DNA of 64,000 nt from the NCBI GenBank assembly GCA_016186955.1, contig JACPKP010000009.1, positions 161,595-225,594 on the forward strand, in the 5' to 3' direction. The stretch is from Candidatus Daviesbacteria bacterium (GTDB lineage Bacteria > Patescibacteriota > Microgenomatia > Daviesbacterales > UBA10151). The translations under genes were made by a program, and so were the position numbers. Under the pieces are notes generated by a model that was not told the origin of the DNA, made no database searches, and was given only the letters and a program-made list of their open reading frames with translations. Shown here piece after piece: positions 59,326-64,000 of the stretch (its first letter is position 1; each line of letters opens with the position of its first letter).

Positions 59326-60443
59326 TGAAAGGTAAAGTTTTGGTCATTGGAGGCGCTGGTTTTATCGGGTCGCATACTGCAGACGAACTTTTTAAAAGGG
59401 GATATAAAATCAGGATTTTGGATAATCTTTCTCCCAAAACCCACTTTGGCAGATGGCCCAAGTATTTAAGCCCTAAATTTGAAAAAATTAAAGGGAATGT
59501 GAAAGATAGGAAAATCCTGGAAAAATCCCTGGAAGGTGTAGATTTTGTAATCCATTTGGCAGCCATCATGGATTTAATGCCGGATTATTCAGTTTTCTTT
59601 GATACTAATGTTACTTCAACCGCTTTGCTTTATGAAATCATTGTTGCCAAAAAACTACCCATTAAAAAAATAGTTGTGGCATCATCTCAATTTGTTTATG
59701 GGGAGGGCAGATGGAGATGCAAAAAACACGGGGAAATCTTTCCAAAACAAAGAGTTAACGAGAGCTTAACTCAAAAAAGATGGGACCCTGTTTGCCCGTT
59801 GGGTGGAGAAAAAATCAAACCGTTGTTGTTGGAAGAAACCCATCAGGATCCGCCTAACCAGTATGCCATATCAAAATACACACAAGAGTTAATTGCCCTC
59901 AAATTGGGGCGTCTCAATAGTATTCCTTCAGTAGCTATGCGCTACTCAATTGTCCATGGCCCCAGGCAGTCTTTAAAAAATGCTTACTCCGGGGCTTTGA
60001 GGATTTTTACTCTTCAGCTTTTAAACAACAAGCCTTTATCAATCTATGAAGACGGGTTATCTCAACGGGATTATGTTTCGGTTTATGATGTGGCCCGGGC
60101 TAATGCAGATGTTTTAGAAAATCCCAGGGCGGACTTCGAAAATTTTAATGTAGGGTCCGGTAAAGCCTATACAGTTTTAGAACTTGCCCATATGGTGGCT
60201 CAAACTTTGGGGAAAGATTGGGGTTTTAAACCCACAGGGGAGTTTAGGGTGGGAGATATCAGGCATGCAGTTTCTTCTATTGCCAAACTTGAGAAGTTAG
60301 GGTGGAAAGTCAGAGATAAAGAAGAAGAGATTGTCAAAGAGTATGTAAATTGGGTCAAAGAACAAAAACTGGACCAAGATTATTTAAGTTTAGCTGAAGC
60401 GCAGATGAAAGCTTTGGGAGTGGTCAAAAAAGCTGCGCTGTAG
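59325..60443 (+). CDS. NAD-dependent epimerase, WbiB-like (dTDP-L-rhamnose 4-epimerase subfamily)
   Basis: GGAGFIG, DNLSPKTH, SSQFVYGEG, YAISK, GPRQSLKNAYSG, YEDG..RDYV, FRVGDIRH. Confidence 0.75.
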   Translation: MKGKVLVIGGAGFIGSHTADELFKRGYKIRILDNLSPKTHFGRWPKYLSPKFEKIKGNVKDRKILEKSLEGVDFVIHLAAIMDLMPDYSVFFDTNVTSTALLYEIIVAKKLPIKKIVVASSQFVYGEGRWRCKKHGEIFPKQRVNESLTQKRWDPVCPLGGEKIKPLLLEETHQDPPNQYAISKYTQELIALKLGRLNSIPSVAMRYSIVHGPRQSLKNAYSGALRIFTLQLLNNKPLSIYEDGLSQRDYVSVYDVARANADVLENPRADFENFNVGSGKAYTVLELAHMVAQTLGKDWGFKPTGEFRVGDIRHAVSSIAKLEKLGWKVRDKEEEIVKEYVNWVKEQKLDQDYLSLAEAQMKALGVVKKAAL

Positions 60444-60478
60444 TTGTTTTAGCCTCAGTAAACTGGTACGATAGATTC

Positions 60479-62158
60479 ATGGGGTATCCTTTATGGTTTA
60501 AAAAACATGCTACAATTCCACTTCTTTTGTTGCTTTTAATTTTACTCGTCCCGACTTTTTGGAGATTGATTCGGCCCGGGATTTTCTCCATGCATGATTT
60601 CCATGTCTTTAGGCTGTATGAATATGATAAATGTGTTGCAGATCTGCAGATCCCCTGCAGATGGGCGCCTGATAGCGCTTATGAATATGGTGAACCGATG
60701 TTTAATTTTTATGCGCAGTTACCCTATGCTTTTGGTGAGTTTTTTAGGTTCTTGGGATTTTCTGTATTGGATTCAATAAAAGCCCTTTTTATCTCATCCC
60801 TGGTTTTGTCTGCTACAGCGATGTTTTTACTTGCCAAACAATTTTGGGGGAATAACTTGTCAGCGCTTATCTCCGCCCTGATTTATGTGTATGCGCCATA
60901 TCGGGCAGTTGATGTATGGGTTAGGGGAGCCTTACCGGAAGCTCTGGCATTTATTTTTTTCCCGTTGATAACCTATTTTTTTAATGATTATGTTTTCAAC
61001 AAAAATACCAGATCGCTATTTTTATTTGGCGTATCTTTAGCAGGATTAATTTTGACGCATAACCTTTCTGTTTTGATGTTTCTTGTTTTCTTTTCTTTTT
61101 GGGCGATTTATTTTTTTACGAAATACAAGGCTTGGAATTTATTGCCAAAATTTATACTTTTGGGGATATTGGTTTTTGGGTTAACAGCATTTTATACACT
61201 GCCGGTGGCTTTTGAAAGTAAATTAATAACACTCACAGAAACCACAAAAGGATATTATGATTTTAATCTTCATTTTGTAACCTTGAAACAGCTTTTAATC
61301 TCCAGGTATTGGGGTTATGGGGCCTCACAATGGGGGGAAGATGACAGGTTGAGCTTGTCGGTTGGCCAAATTCAATGGATTTTACCGGTTATAATTGCTG
61401 TTCTGGTTCTTATCAAAAAAAGGCAAAGACAATATCTTAGTTTTTTCTTTCTTTTAGGGCTTGGCTGGTTTATGCTGCTACTTACCCACAACAAGTCGGT
61501 CTTAATTTGGGATCTGGTTAAACCATTAAGTTTTGTCCAATTCCCATGGAGGTTTTTAGGGTCTGCAGTTTTTCTTTTCGCTTTTGCATCAGGAGCAATG
61601 TTTACATTATTTAAAAAAAGCTACCTTAATAAACTCCTTTTTTTGGTTGTTACAACATTGCTTATCAGCTTGAATACATCTTTTTTCTTTGAGGATTTAT
61701 GGTTTAAATTCGACGATAGAGAATTTTTCAGCGGTAAAAATTATGAGCAACAGGTTACCTCGGCAATACATGATTTTTGGCCAAAAACCGGCAGTAAAAT
61801 CCCCGCAAATTTTGCCCCCAAGGCAGGATTTTTCCTTGAAGGCATGGGCAGTGCAAAATTAATTGAAAAAAGGAGTAATAAACAAATTTATACTGTTGAT
61901 TCAAACCAAAATAGTGTGGTTCAATTCCCCCTGGTATATTTTCCCGGATGGGAAGGATTTTCGGATAATAAAAAAATTAACCTTAGCCCAAGCGGGGAAT
62001 ACGGTTTAGTTACTGTAAATACCAAACCTGCCGACAAAATTATAAATTTAAAATTTGTAGATACCCCGATTAGGGTGATAGGGAATTTTGTTTCAGCAGT
62101 ATCAGTGGGGGCGCTTGTTATATTCCTAATCTTTTTTAAACGCAAAAAAATTATATGA
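60479..62158 (+). CDS. YfhO/PTPS-related GT-C membrane protein (paralog of the 45948 C-half)
   Basis: MHDFH, PCRWAPD..YEYGEPMFNFY, APYRAVDVWVRGALPE, QFPWRFL, YFPGW. Confidence 0.82.
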   Translation: MGYPLWFKKHATIPLLLLLLILLVPTFWRLIRPGIFSMHDFHVFRLYEYDKCVADLQIPCRWAPDSAYEYGEPMFNFYAQLPYAFGEFFRFLGFSVLDSIKALFISSLVLSATAMFLLAKQFWGNNLSALISALIYVYAPYRAVDVWVRGALPEALAFIFFPLITYFFNDYVFNKNTRSLFLFGVSLAGLILTHNLSVLMFLVFFSFWAIYFFTKYKAWNLLPKFILLGILVFGLTAFYTLPVAFESKLITLTETTKGYYDFNLHFVTLKQLLISRYWGYGASQWGEDDRLSLSVGQIQWILPVIIAVLVLIKKRQRQYLSFFFLLGLGWFMLLLTHNKSVLIWDLVKPLSFVQFPWRFLGSAVFLFAFASGAMFTLFKKSYLNKLLFLVVTTLLISLNTSFFFEDLWFKFDDREFFSGKNYEQQVTSAIHDFWPKTGSKIPANFAPKAGFFLEGMGSAKLIEKRSNKQIYTVDSNQNSVVQFPLVYFPGWEGFSDNKKINLSPSGEYGLVTVNTKPADKIINLKFVDTPIRVIGNFVSAVSVGALVIFLIFFKRKKII

Positions 62159-63768
62159 AAAAATTGATTATATTTTTTTTAATTCTTGTATTGGCAGCTT
62201 TCTTAAGGTTTTATAAACTTAATGAATATCCGCCAAGTTTGAATTGGGATGAAGTAAGCATTGGATATAATGCGTATTCTATTTTAAAAACAGGCCGGGA
62301 TGAATGGGGACAGATATTGCCGCTTTCCTTTAGGGCATATGGGGATTATAAACTTCCCGGGTATATTTATCTGGATACAGTTTTTATCAGAAGCTTTGGA
62401 TTAAATGCATGGGGTGTCAGATTACCTTCGGCGGTCTTGGGGCTGGGGATTGTTGTGTTTATCTTTTTAACCGTTAAAAAATTAATAAATACTAATCTGG
62501 CGCTTTGGGCAATGTTTACCGCTGCAGTAACCCCCTGGCTTATTATCCTGTCAAGGATTGCACTGGAAGCAAACCTGGCGCTTTTTTTTACAACAGGCTC
62601 AATTTATTTTTTAATTTTAGGATTCAAAAGAAAATATTTTCTTCTTGCCTCTTCCTTTTTTTTAGGTTTATCACTTTTTTCTTATAACTCTTCAAGAGTG
62701 GTTGTGATCCCATTGGTGATAACAGCAGCGGTATTGTTCTGGAAAAAAATTAACAACATAAAAGTTGCACTATTTGCTCTGGGTATATTGGCAATTTTTT
62801 TTATCACAGCTTTTCCGCTGGCTTTACTTCAGGATTCTTCTGCACGGTATAAGTGGACTACTATATTGGATCAAGGTGCAGTTTTGAGAATCAATGAGTT
62901 ACGGGGGTCCGCTGCCCTGCCGCCTGTTTTAGATAAACTGATTTACAACAAAATTACTTATTTTATACCCCAGTCCTTGGGGAACTATTTTTCACATTTT
63001 AATCCCAACTTCTTATTTTTTAACGGGGGATCCAATTACCAATATTCTGTTCCCGGTTCCGGTCTTTTCCACTTAAGTTTATTGCCCTTTTTAATATTAG
63101 GGATATATCAGATTTTCCGGAAAAAAGAAAATTGGCAATTTTTTATCTTAGGATGGTTAATTATTGCCTTGGTTCCTGCTGCAATTACCAGGGATGCCCC
63201 CCATGCCCTTCGTGCGCTGCTGATGATCCCGCCTTTTTTAATTATTTCTGTACTCGGGGTGGGTTTTGTTACGAGTCATTTTAAACCTACTTACGTAAAA
63301 GCGCTGCTTGCAATTTTTACCATTGCGTTAGTCTTTCAGTCTGTACAGTTCTGGAAAAATTATACAGGGGATTATGTAAAAAATTATTCCTGGTCATGGC
63401 AATATGGTTACAGAGAGGCTGTTGACTTCGTCAACAAAGAAGCTAATCAATATGATCGGATTTACTTCACAAAAAAGTATGGGGAACCGCATGAATTTGT
63501 ATTGTTCTACCTTAAAATTGACCCCCAATTTTTTAGAGGCAGCGCTGTGCCGGTAAGATATAAAAAATCAGATTGGTACTGGGTGGATAGTTTTGATAAA
63601 TTTGAATTTATTAACGATTGGGAGATTAAAGGAAACGTAAAGTGTGAAACGAAAAGCGAAAAATGTTTAATGGTGACAAGTCCTGGGAATTATCCGGAAG
63701 GGTGGAAGTTTATTAAAAAAATTGATTTCCTTGATGGGAAACCTGCATTTGATATAGTAGAAATATGA
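62155..63768 (+). CDS. ArnT/PMT-family GT-C glycosyltransferase
   Basis: SLNWDEVSIGYNAYSILKTGRDEWG, GDYKLPGY, SRIALEAN, SWQYGY. Confidence 0.88.
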   Translation: MKKLIIFFLILVLAAFLRFYKLNEYPPSLNWDEVSIGYNAYSILKTGRDEWGQILPLSFRAYGDYKLPGYIYLDTVFIRSFGLNAWGVRLPSAVLGLGIVVFIFLTVKKLINTNLALWAMFTAAVTPWLIILSRIALEANLALFFTTGSIYFLILGFKRKYFLLASSFFLGLSLFSYNSSRVVVIPLVITAAVLFWKKINNIKVALFALGILAIFFITAFPLALLQDSSARYKWTTILDQGAVLRINELRGSAALPPVLDKLIYNKITYFIPQSLGNYFSHFNPNFLFFNGGSNYQYSVPGSGLFHLSLLPFLILGIYQIFRKKENWQFFILGWLIIALVPAAITRDAPHALRALLMIPPFLIISVLGVGFVTSHFKPTYVKALLAIFTIALVFQSVQFWKNYTGDYVKNYSWSWQYGYREAVDFVNKEANQYDRIYFTKKYGEPHEFVLFYLKIDPQFFRGSAVPVRYKKSDWYWVDSFDKFEFINDWEIKGNVKCETKSEKCLMVTSPGNYPEGWKFIKKIDFLDGKPAFDIVEI

Positions 63769-64000
63769 TAAAAAAATTTCAAATTTCAAATTTCAAATTT
63801 CAAATTTTCTTGGTGGTTATAATTATTCTTGCGGCATCACTTCGCCTTTGGAACATAGCGTTAAACCCACCTGGGCTTACATGGGATGAGGCGGCAATTG
63901 GGTATAACGCTTATTCTTTGCTCAAAACCGGTAGGGATGAATATGGGCAGATCTTACCGCTAAATTTTAAATCTTTTGGTGATTATAAACCCGGAGTTTA
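63765..64000 (+). CDS. ArnT/PMT-family GT-C glycosyltransferase (3'-partial)
   Basis: Manual translation MIKKFQISNFKFQIF...LRLWN..PPGLTWDEAAIGYNAYSLLKTGRDEYG; runs off the window end. Confidence 0.85.
   Translation, partial: MIKKFQISNFKFQIFLVVIIILAASLRLWNIALNPPGLTWDEAAIGYNAYSLLKTGRDEYGQILPLNFKSFGDYKPGV
63774..63808 (+). repeat. tandem heptamer AAATTTC x4 plus one imperfect unit at the gene start
   Basis: AAATTTC AAATTTC AAATTTC AAATTTC AAATTTT. Confidence 0.9.

Noticed and set aside
6279-62687. Numerous 60-145 aa ORFs antisense to or nested in long genes (e.g. 8687-9112, 28846-29280, 53367-53804, 59165-59569)
   Set aside because: Fully overlap genes with clear family motifs and have no motifs of their own.

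Overview
AT-rich, gene-dense bacterial window. Gene content (PaaX/Cas2-like regulator, half-length TsaB, membrane CAP protein, half-size MFS, many paralogous GT-C enzymes, extended -10 boxes directly in front of start codons) suggests a Patescibacteria/CPR genome, probably Microgenomates; this is inference. Bases 1-7.4 kb hold a MacAB-type ABC exporter, tsaB and ORFans. From 7.4 kb to the end runs one large cell-surface glycosylation region. It contains rmlACBD-type dTDP-rhamnose genes, gmd, a Wzx flippase, about six polyprenol-phosphate-sugar synthases (GT2), about fifteen multi-TM GT-C-like transferases, soluble GT2/GT4 enzymes, AsnB, a GDP-heptose set (hddA, two gmhA, gmhB, hddC-like) and a WbiB-like epimerase. 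Unexpected passengers: a ~978-aa GHKL-like ATPase/HExxH metallopeptidase fusion, an isolated and diverged IspH, and two Gfo/Idh/MocA plus two DUF218-like genes interleaved with the heptose genes. Small repeat elements recur: an RPE-like palindrome present both intergenically and as an in-frame 15-aa insertion in a glycosyltransferase, an IS200/IS605-like double-hairpin miniature element inside a decayed gene, heptamer arrays at gene starts, and an abortive copy of the rmlB 5' end. Three genes are split by single missing bases, possibly assembly errors. No rRNA, tRNA or CRISPR array was recognised.
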